NCBI GenBank assembly: GCA_965248265.1
Contig: CBDFJF010000002.1
Span: 3,776,001 to 3,840,000 of the forward strand
Direction: 5' to 3'
DNA: 64,000 nt
Source: Candidatus Latescibacterota bacterium
GTDB taxonomy: Bacteria > Latescibacterota > UBA2968 > UBA8231
Numbering within the stretch: position 1 is the stretch's first letter; the number at the start of each line of letters is the position of its first letter. Positions 1-11,541 of this stretch are shown here, piece by piece. Position numbers and translations under genes: made by a program. Under the pieces are notes generated by a model, which saw only the letters and a program-made list of their open reading frames with translations, was not told where the DNA came from and did not search any database.

Positions 1-562
1 AGTGCATCCGGGCATTCTGCCAGACCTCACTCATGTCCATGCGTACGGCATTACTGCGCGCCTGAATACGGTCTCCGTTGACCAGATCAGTGTGAAGATC
101 CAGCGTCAAACCATCCCCCGTGAACAGCCCGTCATGTCGCTGAGCCGACTCAAACCCGTGCGCGCACAGGAGGGAGCAAACCGCCTCCAGTTGCCCGGAC
201 CGAACAAGCAGGTCGATGTCGTCCATCGGGCGGCATCCCTCATCCGGGTAGAGAGGCAACAGCGAAGCACCGGGAAGGAGCAGGAGATCCAGGCCATTCG
301 AGGTGGCAGCCTCGAGCAGCCCTTGAAGCGTCGCCAGAGCCCTGCAATTGCGCTCGGCCACACGCCGATAGGACCGCTGAAGCTGTGGCAGGTATCGTGA
401 GGGGATCTCAGTATCTGCCTCCAGGCACCGACAATAGAGCAACCCCTCAAGACCCTCGAATCGAGCCAGATCGACGAGGCTCGCCCAGGTCTGAGGATCG
501 GCATGTGCCAGTTCTGCCGGGTACCCGGATGTACTTCGCAACAACAGGTCCGACACTGTCAT
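1..562 (-). CDS. Nucleotidyltransferase family protein (NTP_transf_5-like), runs off the left edge
   Basis: Not in the ORF track. Manual translation from ATG 562: MTVSDLLLRS...LLLLPGASLLPLYPDEGCRPMDDIDLLVR...TLDLHTDL, with the family-like Y...RxMxDIDLLV motif. ATGA overlap with the PqqD stop. Confidence 0.8.
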   Translation of the reverse strand, partial: MTVSDLLLRSTSGYPAELAHADPQTWASLVDLARFEGLEGLLYCRCLEADTEIPSRYLPQLQRSYRRVAERNCRALATLQGLLEAATSNGLDLLLLPGASLLPLYPDEGCRPMDDIDLLVRSGQLEAVCSLLCAHGFESAQRHDGLFTGDGLTLDLHTDLVNGDRIQARSNAVRMDMSEVWQNARMH

Positions 563-885
563 GAAGGTTGTATCTCACCGGCGGCCGGTGTCACCAGCAG
601 ACCACCGTCACTCAGGCGTTGCAGGGTCTCCTCGACGTCAGCTAGAACCGTCTGCTCATCGATTGAATAGCTTCCCATCAACTCCTCAACCATCGCTCCA
701 ATCTCAGCACCTCGCTGACAGCCACGCCATACCAGCGCCGCAGTCTGGTTGAGGTGATGGACCTGCTTGCTGGTGCTGTCGTAGATCAACCCCCCATCCG
801 CGAGTTCACGGTACAACACATCGGTTCGTGCCCGCGGGCACTCCCCTGCTTCAGCAGAGTTAGTGGCGTTCGCAGCCTTTGACAT
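559..885 (-). CDS. PqqD family protein (RiPP recognition element)
   Basis: 108 aa with LIYD...VHHLNQTAALVWRGC...LMGSYSID...ADVEETLQRLSDGGLL, the PqqD pattern. GAGAGG RBS upstream. Confidence 0.85.
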   Translation of the reverse strand: MSKAANATNSAEAGECPRARTDVLYRELADGGLIYDSTSKQVHHLNQTAALVWRGCQRGAEIGAMVEELMGSYSIDEQTVLADVEETLQRLSDGGLLVTPAAGEIQPS

Positions 886-907
886 TGGATAACCTCTCGT
901 CTCGCCC

Positions 908-1468
908 TCAACCTCGCATACTGTGAATCATGCGGGCATCGTTGAGCTCATGCTCCGCTTCCTCCATCAACTTGCTCAACTCGGCGCGCCTGGCGGCCAG
1001 CTGACTTTGATCGAGGTTGGTGCGATTCAGTTCTTCACACAGCTCCTCGACGATGCCGCGACTCATTCGATTGAACAGTTCCTGTTCCCTGTCGAAAAGC
1101 GCCACGAACACGGCTTGTGGGATGCGCAGAGCAAGCCCCGCAGTGGTACTGATCACCTGTTCATCATGTGGATCGCCCGTCAACACCGAGCGCTCACCGA
1201 CCGCGGCCACGGGGTCGATGGTACTGACTTCGATGCCGTCGCGTCGCACGGAAAGAGCACCCTTCATGAGCACGAAAAGACCGGCGGCCTCATCCCCCTG
1301 TTCGAACAACGTCTGGTCCGCTGTCAACGGCAGCGGTTTGACCGCTTTCCGCATGACTTGCATGTGCTTGGTCGACAGCTTGGAGAAGGCTGCTACCTGC
1401 TGCAAAGTCCCAATCAGGGCTTTTTCCTGGGCCTTCGCTGTAACCGAACTCTGATTTGTATCCGTCAT
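908..1468 (-). CDS. Cyclic-nucleotide-binding domain protein with C-terminal coiled coil
   Basis: [21 protein letters not shown]...VGERSVL cNMP-binding pattern. True start probably ATG 1468 (ATGA overlap with the upstream stop). Confidence 0.8.
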   Translation of the reverse strand: MTDTNQSSVTAKAQEKALIGTLQQVAAFSKLSTKHMQVMRKAVKPLPLTADQTLFEQGDEAAGLFVLMKGALSVRRDGIEVSTIDPVAAVGERSVLTGDPHDEQVISTTAGLALRIPQAVFVALFDREQELFNRMSRGIVEELCEELNRTNLDQSQLAARRAELSKLMEEAEHELNDARMIHSMRG

Positions 1469-3618
1469 ATTGGCATTGCATTTCCTGACCCCGACACCTC
1501 GAGACTCGCTCTCAGCTCGACCGGGTCGTTTACGGGTGCGAGACAGACCGAATCGCGGCACACGAAAGCTGCGGCCTGCTCTCGCGCGTATTCCAACCTG
1601 CCCTGCAACAGTGGCACCAACTCGCTGGCCTCTTCGGCGGGCCACGCTGACGCGCCAGACCAACGCTCAGCACTCCGAGGTTCCCAGCCTGCGACTACCT
1701 TGTTCGGCAAGAACGTTCTGTGTAGCTCGTGGTACAGGGGCTGGCGATCGGTCAATGAACCAACGACGACAATCTCGAGCTTCTCATCGTCATGATGATC
1801 AAGAGCGGCCGCCATCTGACAACAGGCGGAAGGTGACTGCCGCAACAGCTCGCTGAACAGCAGCAACGTGCTCTCGGCCAGCTTCCGGTATCGGGCTTTT
1901 TCAGTCAGGGCTGCGAGCCGGACCAGGACCAGGGCGGCGACGGAATTACCCGAAGGGGTGGCGTTATCGAAGGGATTCCTGGTGCGCACGATGACGTCGC
2001 CGGCGTCAGCTTCGGTATAGAAAAAACCACCATCCTCCGCATCCCAAAACAACTCCACCATGACCTCCGTCAGCTCGAGAGCAGCTTCCAACCATTGCGG
2101 GTCGAAGGTGGCCTCGAACAGGTCGATGAGGCCGTTGGCCATACAGGCATAATCATCCTGGTAACCCCGAATACCAGCAGGTCCGGCGTCAGCCTTCCAG
2201 GCATGCATCAGCGTCTTGTCGTCGTACATGTGCTCAAGGACGAACAGAGCGGCTGCACTGGCCGACTCGATGTAGACGGAAATACCCAGCACGCTGGAGG
2301 CCCGCGCCATGGAGCTGATCATGAGTCCATTCCACGCGACCAGGATCTTCTCGTCCCGCCCGGGGTGCACTCTGGATTCGCGCATCTTGAACAGCTTCTC
2401 TTTCCCTTCGGCGACAGCGCGCGCCAGCTCCGTCTCGTCGATACCCAGCGATCTGGCCAGTTCGGGAATGGGAACATCCACGTGAAGAATGCTGGTCCCA
2501 CCCTCGAAATTACCGTCCTCCGTCACATCGAAATATTGGCACAGCAGCTGCGAGCGTTCGCGCCCGAGCACCTCTTCGAATTCCTGGAGTTTCCAGACAA
2601 AAAACTTGCCCTCTTCCCCTTCGCTGTCCGCATCCTGGGTTGAGTAATATCCGCCGTGCGGACTCGTCATCTCACGCATCACGTAACCGAGTGTGGCCTC
2701 TACGACATCGCCATACAGCTTGGTCTCGCCGGTCACTTGAAACGCTTCCAGATATACCCACACCAGCAGTGCGTTGTCGTAGAGCATCTTCTCGAAGTGT
2801 GGCACCAACCAGCGTTCGTCAACGGAATAGCGGTGAAAACCACCTCCCAGGTGATCGAACATTCCACCACGCGCCATGCTCGTGAGGGTGTGCTCGGCCA
2901 TCTCCAGCAACTGGACATCGCCGCTATGCCGGTACTGCCGCAACAGCACGGACAGGTTCATGCTGCCGGGAAACTTCGGCCCCGTGGAGGCAAACCCTCC
3001 GTGACGGGAGTCGTATGAGCCCTTGAGTTGGTCGGTGATACTGGCCAACACCTCGGCGGCGGGCGGCAGGGCCGTTGCCTCACCTTGAGCCGACAGCAAC
3101 TGTGCGTTCTGTTGCAGGAAATCCAACAACCGCCCAGCCTGTTCATCCACATTGTCACGTCGCGACCTGAAGAGTTCACTCACAGCCTTCAACACGGTCG
3201 GAAACCCGGGATGACCCTGCCGGTCTTCCGGCGGGTAGTAGGTTCCTCCGTAGAAAGGCTGCAGATCCGGCGTGAGAAAAACTGTCATCGGCCAACCGCC
3301 ACTGCCACTCATGGCCTGGACCGCCATCATGTAGATCTCGTCGAGATCCGGACGCTCCTCCCTGTCGACCTTGATGTTCACGAAGTGCTCGTTCATGGTC
3401 GCGGCTATTGCCGGGTTCTCGAACGACTCACGCTCCATCACATGGCACCAATGACAGGCGGAGTACCCGACCGACAGCAGGATGGGGCGATCCTCCCGGC
3501 GCGCGCGCTCCAGGGCCTCCTCGCCCCACGGGTACCAGTCGACTGGATTATGGGCATGCTGCAGCAGGTACGGACTGACCTGTGAAATCAGCCTGTTGCT
3601 TTGGGCAGTAGCGTCCAT
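1465..3618 (-). CDS. Thioredoxin-domain protein, YyaL/SSP411 (DUF255) family
   Basis: [34 protein letters not shown] and [12 protein letters not shown] motifs. Start estimated at [10 protein letters not shown]. Confidence 0.92.
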   Translation of the reverse strand: MDATAQSNRLISQVSPYLLQHAHNPVDWYPWGEEALERARREDRPILLSVGYSACHWCHVMERESFENPAIAATMNEHFVNIKVDREERPDLDEIYMMAVQAMSGSGGWPMTVFLTPDLQPFYGGTYYPPEDRQGHPGFPTVLKAVSELFRSRRDNVDEQAGRLLDFLQQNAQLLSAQGEATALPPAAEVLASITDQLKGSYDSRHGGFASTGPKFPGSMNLSVLLRQYRHSGDVQLLEMAEHTLTSMARGGMFDHLGGGFHRYSVDERWLVPHFEKMLYDNALLVWVYLEAFQVTGETKLYGDVVEATLGYVMREMTSPHGGYYSTQDADSEGEEGKFFVWKLQEFEEVLGRERSQLLCQYFDVTEDGNFEGGTSILHVDVPIPELARSLGIDETELARAVAEGKEKLFKMRESRVHPGRDEKILVAWNGLMISSMARASSVLGISVYIESASAAALFVLEHMYDDKTLMHAWKADAGPAGIRGYQDDYACMANGLIDLFEATFDPQWLEAALELTEVMVELFWDAEDGGFFYTEADAGDVIVRTRNPFDNATPSGNSVAALVLVRLAALTEKARYRKLAESTLLLFSELLRQSPSACCQMAAALDHHDDEKLEIVVVGSLTDRQPLYHELHRTFLPNKVVAGWEPRSAERWSGASAWPAEEASELVPLLQGRLEYAREQAAAFVCRDSVCLAPVNDPVELRASLEVSGSGNAMPI

Positions 3619-3799
3619 AGGTGAGAGCATGCCAGAATCGAAAACAGGATGGTTGAGGCCGGATGTAGCCCTCTCCATCGATGCGGGTGATCGTCGTAAC
3701 CGATTGTAACAGCTGGAATTGTCAAGCAAATGTAATCAAGGTGACGACGACCGACAAACTCGGCGGCGGGGTTCGAAAAGCCGGTTCACAGGCTCTGCC

Positions 3800-5362
3800 T
3801 CAGTCAGAAAGTGTTTTCGACCATCCCGCGAGATAGGCTTCCAGATCCGAGCGAATTCTCTGAAAGTTGCTCCACGCCCGCTCCCGCAGCGCCGGCCGTC
3901 GAACGCCCTGGCGGTGAAGTGGCCATACAGCCGCGCGATAGCGCTCCTCGATAATGGTTTGCTCCTGCACGGGAATCAGCGGAATCCGCAACGAGCGGAT
4001 CTCAGTAAAGTTGATATTGGGGGTACCAACTCCATTGATCAGACTGCGGATCTGCGCCCAACCCGGCTCGCTACGCAGCAGCATCCATACATAGAATGGA
4101 TTGACGTCCCGGAGGCGGATCAAGTCAACGAAGCAGCCGACGTTGGCGGAGCGCGCGTTCATGTACACGGCCATCCTGTTGCGCCCCAATGACCCGACTC
4201 CAGAACGCGGCAGCAGTAGATCACCGGTGCGCACTCTGCTGCGCATTGGGTCGTGCCTTGAGCCCGGGTTTACCCGCAAAACCTTGCTCAAGCACAGACC
4301 GGTCTCCGAGAAATCAGCCTGCCGTATGACCGGAATGCCCGCAACGACATGCTCAGGAGGAGGCTCGCCGGTTACGATCGGTCCGTAGGTAAGGTGGTGA
4401 ATGAAGTCTCCGAGCGCGGCCTCCGGGAAACGACTTACGGATGAGAGCGTCTTCGACACGACTCCGCGCCAATAGGTAACATCCCATCGTCTCCCCGCCA
4501 GTTCCCTTGCGGGCACCTGCAGGGTATCACCGTTGGCCACATCGGTCCGTTTTCTCGCCTGCATGGCCACAGCGCGAGTGAGCCTTGAGATCTCCGCGTC
4601 TTGCTCACTCTGTCCTTTGTTCATCGAAGGATCAGCATCGCGGCCAGCCATGAAAACATGCGACTTGCCACTGTCTTCATCTCCGCCAACAAACCGTTTG
4701 CGCACGACGACGACACTGGTCAAGGCACTCAGACCTGGGCGACGGAAGGTTCGTTCCGGCAAACCGACGACGGCTTGAAGTTCAGCGCGCTCGAGAACCC
4801 AGTTCCTGACTGACTGGTAACGCACATTAGCGAGAAATCCCTCTGGCAGGATCAATGCGATCACGCCTCCCTCGCGTACCAGTTCCAAGGCACGCTCGAG
4901 GAACAGATGCTCGATCCGCAATTTACTGACAGGCCTTCGCTGGCTGGCTCCAGGCATGGTTCCGATACTGAACTTGGATCCCCTCAAACGCTCCAGACGC
5001 TTGAGTGCCAGAGGCGGCAGCACACGAGCCACCGTTCCGAATGGCGGATTTCCGATGACCAGATCGAAGCTGCCGGCGCGTACGCCCGGGAATGCCCCAC
5101 AGAGACCGTCTCCTGTGCGAAACGCCGAATCCCTCTCCGCCATTCCGGTTGGCTTGAGACGAGAATCGAGTTCGATACCATAGGCACCGCCCGGCTCCAA
5201 CCAACCGTTTGACAAGCCGACATCCAGAAACACGCCCTGGCCTGCCGCCGGATCGATTGCCCTGACAACCCGCTCGCAGCCCAGAATGGCGAGGGAGAGC
5301 TTCCAGGTGAACTCGGCAACCGCCGGTGGAGTGAAGTACTGTGCCAGTTTCTCCTGCTGCAT
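3800..5362 (-). CDS. N6-adenine DNA methyltransferase with fused C-terminal target-recognition (HsdS-like) domain
   Basis: QYFTP, IDPAAGQGVF (SAM binding) and IGNPPF (catalytic) motifs. C-terminus GDLLLPRSGVGSLGR...GVGTPNINFTEIRSLRIPLIP..EQ resembles a TRD. Start estimated at ATG 5362. Confidence 0.85.
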   Translation of the reverse strand: MQQEKLAQYFTPPAVAEFTWKLSLAILGCERVVRAIDPAAGQGVFLDVGLSNGWLEPGGAYGIELDSRLKPTGMAERDSAFRTGDGLCGAFPGVRAGSFDLVIGNPPFGTVARVLPPLALKRLERLRGSKFSIGTMPGASQRRPVSKLRIEHLFLERALELVREGGVIALILPEGFLANVRYQSVRNWVLERAELQAVVGLPERTFRRPGLSALTSVVVVRKRFVGGDEDSGKSHVFMAGRDADPSMNKGQSEQDAEISRLTRAVAMQARKRTDVANGDTLQVPARELAGRRWDVTYWRGVVSKTLSSVSRFPEAALGDFIHHLTYGPIVTGEPPPEHVVAGIPVIRQADFSETGLCLSKVLRVNPGSRHDPMRSRVRTGDLLLPRSGVGSLGRNRMAVYMNARSANVGCFVDLIRLRDVNPFYVWMLLRSEPGWAQIRSLINGVGTPNINFTEIRSLRIPLIPVQEQTIIEERYRAAVWPLHRQGVRRPALRERAWSNFQRIRSDLEAYLAGWSKTLSD

Positions 5363-5637
5363 GTGTGTGTGTTTTATGTGTGTGTGTTTCTTCCTACACC
5401 TCTGACACCATTTCTGCCCGGATTCGGTTGAGGCGTAGAATTTCATAAAGCTTTGTTCGCGTTGTAAGACAATGAGTTACGCGAACTAATGCGTCCTGGA
5501 ACGAAACCTGCATTGGACAGCGTGCAGTGCTCGGACAGCCCGGACGTCGGACCTGGACGGCCTGCTGTGAGCGATAGACTATGCCGCCTATGTCATTGTC
5601 TGTCAATCATATATACGATAGCCACATGGAGGGTACC

Positions 5638-6063
5638 ATGTCCAATCTACGCTTGCCCAATATCAACCAGGTCATCGTCGCCGGCCGCCTGGTGCAGGAT
5701 CCGGAATTCACTATCACGGACAACGGAACAGCTCGTTTGAGCACCCGCGTCGCCATCAATCGTCCCTATCGAGACAGCGACGGCGACTGGCACCAGGAAA
5801 CCTCCTTCGTCAATGTTATGGCCTGGAGGCAGCTGGCTGAGTTCGCCTCTGAGCGCCTTCACCGCGGCAGTCCGGTGCTTGTAAGCGGCCGGCTTCATAG
5901 CTTCAGCTGGCGAGACAGTGAGGAAAACCCACACTCGTTGCTCGAGATTCAAGCCCGTAGCCTCCAGGTGCTGGAGCGAGCTACTTCATCGTCTGAGGCA
6001 GAAGAAACCATCATTGAACAGGAAGGAGACGAAGAAGAGGACTTCGCTCTGGAAGCAGCCTGA
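5638..6063 (+). CDS. ssb: Single-stranded DNA-binding protein
   Basis: INQVIVAGRLVQDPE...WRQLAE...LHRGSPVLVSGRL OB-fold motifs. GGAGG RBS before ATG 5638. Confidence 0.92.
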   Translation: MSNLRLPNINQVIVAGRLVQDPEFTITDNGTARLSTRVAINRPYRDSDGDWHQETSFVNVMAWRQLAEFASERLHRGSPVLVSGRLHSFSWRDSEENPHSLLEIQARSLQVLERATSSSEAEETIIEQEGDEEEDFALEAA

Positions 6064-6121
6064 AAAACCCGGTCGGCCGTGGCGGCGGCGCCCTGCTGTC
6101 GCCAGCGGTCCGACTAAGCCC

Positions 6122-7303
6122 TCACGAGATCTCGAATAGGCTGGCGATCCCCATACCGCCTCCGATGCAAAGAGCGGCGATACCAAACTGGACACCGCGG
6201 CGGCGCATTTCGTGTACCAGGGTAACGGCGACGCGAGCGCCACTGGCCCCGACCGGATGACCAAGCGCGATCGCACCACCGTTGACGTTGACCCGATCCT
6301 CGTCCCAATCCAGCTCGCGGCCGACGGCCAGCGTCTGCGCCGCGAAGGCTTCGTTCAACTCTATCAAGCCGACCTGGTCAAGGGTTATCCCCGTCTTGTC
6401 GAGCAGCCGACGAATGGCGTGGGCTGGCCCAATGCCCATCACCATGGGATCCACTCCAGCGATTGCCGTTGCCCTCACATGGGCGAAAGGATCCAACTGC
6501 GCTGCCTTGGCCGAGGCTTCCGATATGATCACGGCAACGGCGGCGGCATCGTTGATGCCGGAGGCGTTCCCAGCCGTCACGGTGCCATCTTTGTCGAATG
6601 CGGGCTTCAATTTCGCCAGGCTCTCCCTGTCCGCATCGGCTCGGGGATGTTCATCTGTGTCGAAGATGACGGGCTCGCCTTTTCTCTGAGGTACCTCCAC
6701 AGGCGCAATCTGTGACGTAAACGCGCCGCTTTCGAGAGCCCCGTGATAGTATTCCTGACTTCTGGCCGCGAAACGATCTTGCTCCTCCCGGTCGATGCTA
6801 TATTTCGCCGCAAGATTCTCCGCCGTCTTGCCCATGTGGCAATCGTAGAAGCAATCCCACAATCCATCCATCAACATGGTGTCGACGAGCTCACTATGGC
6901 CCATACGCTCCCCCCAGCGCGCCGACCTTGCCACGTAAGGCGCCGTACTCATGCTCTCCATGCCACCGGCAATGACGACTTCGGCGTCCCCGCATTGCAC
7001 GCTCTGAGCTGCGAGGGCGATCGACTTGAGCCCGGAACCGCAGAGCTTGTTGACTGTCATGGCGGGAACCTCGTAGGGCAGACCTCCCCGCACCGCCGCT
7101 TGTCTGGCTACGTTGGGTCCGGCGCCTCCCTGGTAGATGCACCCCATGATTACCTCGTCAACATCCAACGCAGGTAAACCAGTCTCCGCCAGCGTGGCGG
7201 CGATCACCGTCCCACCAAGCGTCGAAGCCTCCACTGACTTGAGCGTACCACCAAAACCTCCGATTGCGGTGCGTTTCGCGCCCACGACTACTGTCTCTAC
7301 CAT
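6122..7303 (-). CDS. Acetyl-CoA C-acetyltransferase (thiolase)
   Basis: KLCGSGL, NEAF, GHPVGASGAR and CIGGGMG motifs. True start MVETVVVGAKRTAIG at 7303; the longer ORF-track N-terminus is IS sequence. Confidence 0.95.
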   Translation of the reverse strand: MVETVVVGAKRTAIGGFGGTLKSVEASTLGGTVIAATLAETGLPALDVDEVIMGCIYQGGAGPNVARQAAVRGGLPYEVPAMTVNKLCGSGLKSIALAAQSVQCGDAEVVIAGGMESMSTAPYVARSARWGERMGHSELVDTMLMDGLWDCFYDCHMGKTAENLAAKYSIDREEQDRFAARSQEYYHGALESGAFTSQIAPVEVPQRKGEPVIFDTDEHPRADADRESLAKLKPAFDKDGTVTAGNASGINDAAAVAVIISEASAKAAQLDPFAHVRATAIAGVDPMVMGIGPAHAIRRLLDKTGITLDQVGLIELNEAFAAQTLAVGRELDWDEDRVNVNGGAIALGHPVGASGARVAVTLVHEMRRRGVQFGIAALCIGGGMGIASLFEIS

Positions 7304-7364
7304 GTCACCATCCTGAATCGCCCCGGGGTTGCCGGAGGCTCCATTTCTTGAGAGGATTGGAGTC

Positions 7365-8596
<1,232 letters not shown>

Positions 8597-8649
8597 CCGA
8601 GTCTCCGAAAAACCCGGGGCGATTCACCCTGTAGATTTTGCGTGCAGCA

Positions 8650-8678
8650 ATTCCTGTTTACGCGGTGGTCGCTGTCAA
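8650..8678 (-). promoter_or_regulatory. Candidate sigma70 promoter of the thiolase gene, now separated from it by the IS
   Basis: TTGACA-N17-AGGAAT on the minus strand; the -10 match is weak. Confidence 0.35.
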
Positions 8679-8720
8679 GGAAGAGTCATCATCCTCATCA
8701 CCCTCTGCCCATTCACCAAA

Positions 8721-8749
8721 TTGACGACTCACCTCGTGCGCTCTATCTT
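8721..8749 (+). promoter_or_regulatory. Candidate sigma70 promoter for the small ORF and tRNA-Ala
   Basis: TTGACG-N17-TATCTT. Confidence 0.5.
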
Positions 8750-8785
8750 TGAAAATCACCTTCATTACCTACTCGGCAGGCGGTC

Positions 8786-9043
8786 ATGCCCTGGGCGAAG
8801 AGCAAGTCGTTCCTCGAGAAAACACAGCTGGGAAGCATCATTATGTACCTGGTCTGTCTGGGTGGGTACACGATTGAGGCCGTGGGTGAATTTTACGATT
8901 GGATCAGGGCTGATATTTTCGGATTTACCTTCTTTTCCCTGTTCATCGCTTCCACAATCCTCCTGCGCCTCGAAGAAGAGGATGAGGCCCCAGGCACAGA
9001 GGGTTCCAACGCCTCATCAGGCACGGCAGGCTCATCCGGTTAA
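8786..9043 (+). CDS. Small hypothetical membrane protein
   Basis: 85 aa with two hydrophobic segments and an acidic tail, downstream of a promoter-like motif. No family recognised. Confidence 0.5.
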   Translation: MPWAKSKSFLEKTQLGSIIMYLVCLGGYTIEAVGEFYDWIRADIFGFTFFSLFIASTILLRLEEEDEAPGTEGSNASSGTAGSSG

Positions 9044-9096
9044 GTCAAGCGTCAGGCCTCCATTTACCCACCCACCTACCCGCCAAAGATATCCGT

Positions 9097-9172
9097 GGGG
9101 CAGTAGCTCAGTTGGGAGAGCGCGGGCTTTGCAAGCCCGAGGTCAGGGGTTCGATCCCCCTCTGCTCCACCA
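9097..9172 (+). tRNA. tRNA-Ala(TGC)
   Basis: 76-nt cloverleaf. Acceptor GGGGCAG/CTGCTCC with the G3:U70 Ala determinant, anticodon arm CGGGC-TT TGC AA-GCCCG, GGTTCGATCC T-loop, encoded CCA. Confidence 0.98.
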
Positions 9173-9231
9173 TACAATAATCTGTCACAGGAAATAATCG
9201 CAACATGGGATGGCTTTGTGTGTGCGTGTGT

Positions 9232-10545
9232 TCACCTGAAGCGAAAGCGTTGCGCCTTGAGCTTCGAGAACACGGCAAAATGAACACGCAAATCACCGTG
9301 CTCGCTGACGGCGAAGTCCAGTCTCGTCATGTCGACGACGGGCATCAGCAGTCGAATGCCAATCCCGGCTCCGGTAGCCACCCGGTTCCACTCCAGCTGC
9401 GACCGGCTGTTCCAGGCGAGGCCACTGTCGGCGAATAGGGCCCAGGCCAAACCAAGGTCTGCCGTCTGATTCAACAGTTCGTACTCGCGCACCGGCAACA
9501 GCGGACCCCGGAATTCGAACGTCGCCAACAGCTGATTTCGCCCTCTGAGGGTGCGGCCCAACTCACTGACTTCGAAACCGCGAATCGAATTGGCTCCCCC
9601 AAGGCGATAATCCATGTACTCGGGAACATTGTCCCTGCCGGCCTCTTGTTGCAGGGACAACAACCAACCCAACACGATGGTTCGATCGCGTCCAGCCGGT
9701 TGGAACCGGCGCACGTCGACATGCGTGGTCCAAAAATCCCCGTCGCCAGGCAACACACCGCCGGTCTGCGAGAACTCAATCTCGTTCTGCCAACCAACGT
9801 GCGGATTGCCCCAAGAGTCCCGCGTGTCGTACCCCAGACTCCCTCCCAGACGCACCAGATGGTCGCGATTTGACGTGGAGAGGGTGTGCCCTGGTAGATC
9901 AGCTTCCACCCGCATGTAGCTCATGCTCACGGCGGCCCGGCCATGATCTCCTACGTAGGACCCTATCCGTGGCGAAATTTCGTACGAGATTTCCTGAAAG
10001 CCGTCTAACTCGTTCTCTCGTTCGACCCGGGAAAGATCCAGATCAAATGAGACATGGTTGCCCGCTACCCACGGGGCGCTGAGATCGAGTAAGTACAAGG
10101 TGCGCCCACCGTACAGAAGGTACCCCGCGACGAAGACATCTCGCCCGAACATGTTCACGGATTTCAGTGCCGGACCGAGAGATAGCCCATCCTCATCGGT
10201 GATGTCATAGCTGATGTAGGGAACGGCAAACGGCAACTCGCGCAGCAGCAGGACAAGCTCGACACCCCCATCGCGAGCATAGCCGGTTACCTTGACTGAA
10301 CTGAAAATGTCGAGATTGTCGAGACGCTGAAGGTCAGCCGCAAAATCGCTCAGGCTCAACGGCCACCCAATTTCGGTGCGCAGTTCGCGCCGAATGACAT
10401 GGTCCTTGGTTATCCGGTTGCCTTCGAGCTCTATCCGGGCAACCCTCAGCCCCTCGAAGGCCTGCAAGTGGTGCAAGTCGGGACTGGCAGCTGCCTGGGT
10501 CATCAGCGCGATAAAACCTATCGACGACAGACGGATTGGCAACAT
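9232..10545 (-). CDS. Omp85 (BamA/TamA-like) outer-membrane protein with a single POTRA domain
   Basis: Signal peptide, POTRA motif IELEGNRITKDHVIRREL, barrel motifs YDTRD and LGGANSIRGF. Confidence 0.85.
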   Translation of the reverse strand: MLPIRLSSIGFIALMTQAAASPDLHHLQAFEGLRVARIELEGNRITKDHVIRRELRTEIGWPLSLSDFAADLQRLDNLDIFSSVKVTGYARDGGVELVLLLRELPFAVPYISYDITDEDGLSLGPALKSVNMFGRDVFVAGYLLYGGRTLYLLDLSAPWVAGNHVSFDLDLSRVERENELDGFQEISYEISPRIGSYVGDHGRAAVSMSYMRVEADLPGHTLSTSNRDHLVRLGGSLGYDTRDSWGNPHVGWQNEIEFSQTGGVLPGDGDFWTTHVDVRRFQPAGRDRTIVLGWLLSLQQEAGRDNVPEYMDYRLGGANSIRGFEVSELGRTLRGRNQLLATFEFRGPLLPVREYELLNQTADLGLAWALFADSGLAWNSRSQLEWNRVATGAGIGIRLLMPVVDMTRLDFAVSEHGDLRVHFAVFSKLKAQRFRFR

Positions 10546-10587
10546 TCCTCGGATCAAGGTGCTGGTAATCTCACACGACGGACCGCG

Positions 10588-11460
10588 TTACAACACATAC
10601 AGAATGAGCACACTGGTGAGGACCCAGAGTACGACGGTGACCTGCAGCGGCCGGTCATTCCAGATCACGACCGTCGGGCTCTCTCCGCCCTGCTGGCGAT
10701 AAACCACGTAGAGATATCGCAGGATTCCGTATAGAACGAAGGGGATCGTCCACTGCATGTCTCGAGACAGATTGGCGCCATCTTCTCCGACACCCATGGC
10801 GTACAAGGCATAACACACCAACGTCGCCGACGTCAGCACGGAAATCACCTGATCGAGATACGCTAAGCTGTATTGCTCCAGGCTCTCCCTGTGGGTACTC
10901 GCACCGTCGTCGAGTTTGACCAGCTCCTGCCTGCGTTTGACGGTCGCTAGAAAGAGAGCCAGGGTGAAGGAACACAGAATGAACCAGGTCGAGATGTAGA
11001 CATCGATAACGACTGCGCCGCCCATGGCACGAAGTAAAAAGCCGAAGGCGACGATGAGGACGTCGATGAGGACGAATCGCTTTAGCCAGCCGGAATAGAT
11101 GACGTTGAGGGCACAGTACAGGGCGACGACGTGACCGAGTCGCGGGGACGCCACATAGGAAGCCCCGATGCCGGCAGCAAACAGCAGAATTGAAACGATC
11201 GTCGCAACCGCTACCGGAATCCGACCAGCCGCCAGCGGCCTGGTGCGCTTTTGCGGATGCAGGCGATCTCTCTCAACATCCAGGATGTCGTTGAGCAGGT
11301 ACACCGCACAGCTAACCACCAGGAAACAACCAACGGCTATCAAGGTGGGGAGCAGGTACGACCATTCGAACAGATGCTTAGAGAAAACGAGAGCCGCCAA
11401 CACAAAGGCGTTCTTCACCCACTGGCGCGGCCGCATCGAGACGAGTATATCCAGAATCAT
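10588..11460 (-). CDS. UbiA-family prenyltransferase (decaprenyl-phosphate phosphoribosyltransferase-like)
   Basis: MRPRQWVKN, YLLNDILDVERDRLHPQKRTRPLAAG and KRRQEL motifs; multiple TM segments. Confidence 0.9.
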   Translation of the reverse strand: MILDILVSMRPRQWVKNAFVLAALVFSKHLFEWSYLLPTLIAVGCFLVVSCAVYLLNDILDVERDRLHPQKRTRPLAAGRIPVAVATIVSILLFAAGIGASYVASPRLGHVVALYCALNVIYSGWLKRFVLIDVLIVAFGFLLRAMGGAVVIDVYISTWFILCSFTLALFLATVKRRQELVKLDDGASTHRESLEQYSLAYLDQVISVLTSATLVCYALYAMGVGEDGANLSRDMQWTIPFVLYGILRYLYVVYRQQGGESPTVVIWNDRPLQVTVVLWVLTSVLILYVL

Positions 11461-11541
11461 GTCAGGCGGATGAACGGAGTATGAGCTGCTTCAGGAACGG
11501 CACGCGGCGATGCGGAGGGAGGATCGCAGAGGGAGAACGCC

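Noticed and set aside
9173-9231. Genomic island integrated at tRNA-Ala
   Set aside because: No integrase and no duplicated tRNA 3' end seen.
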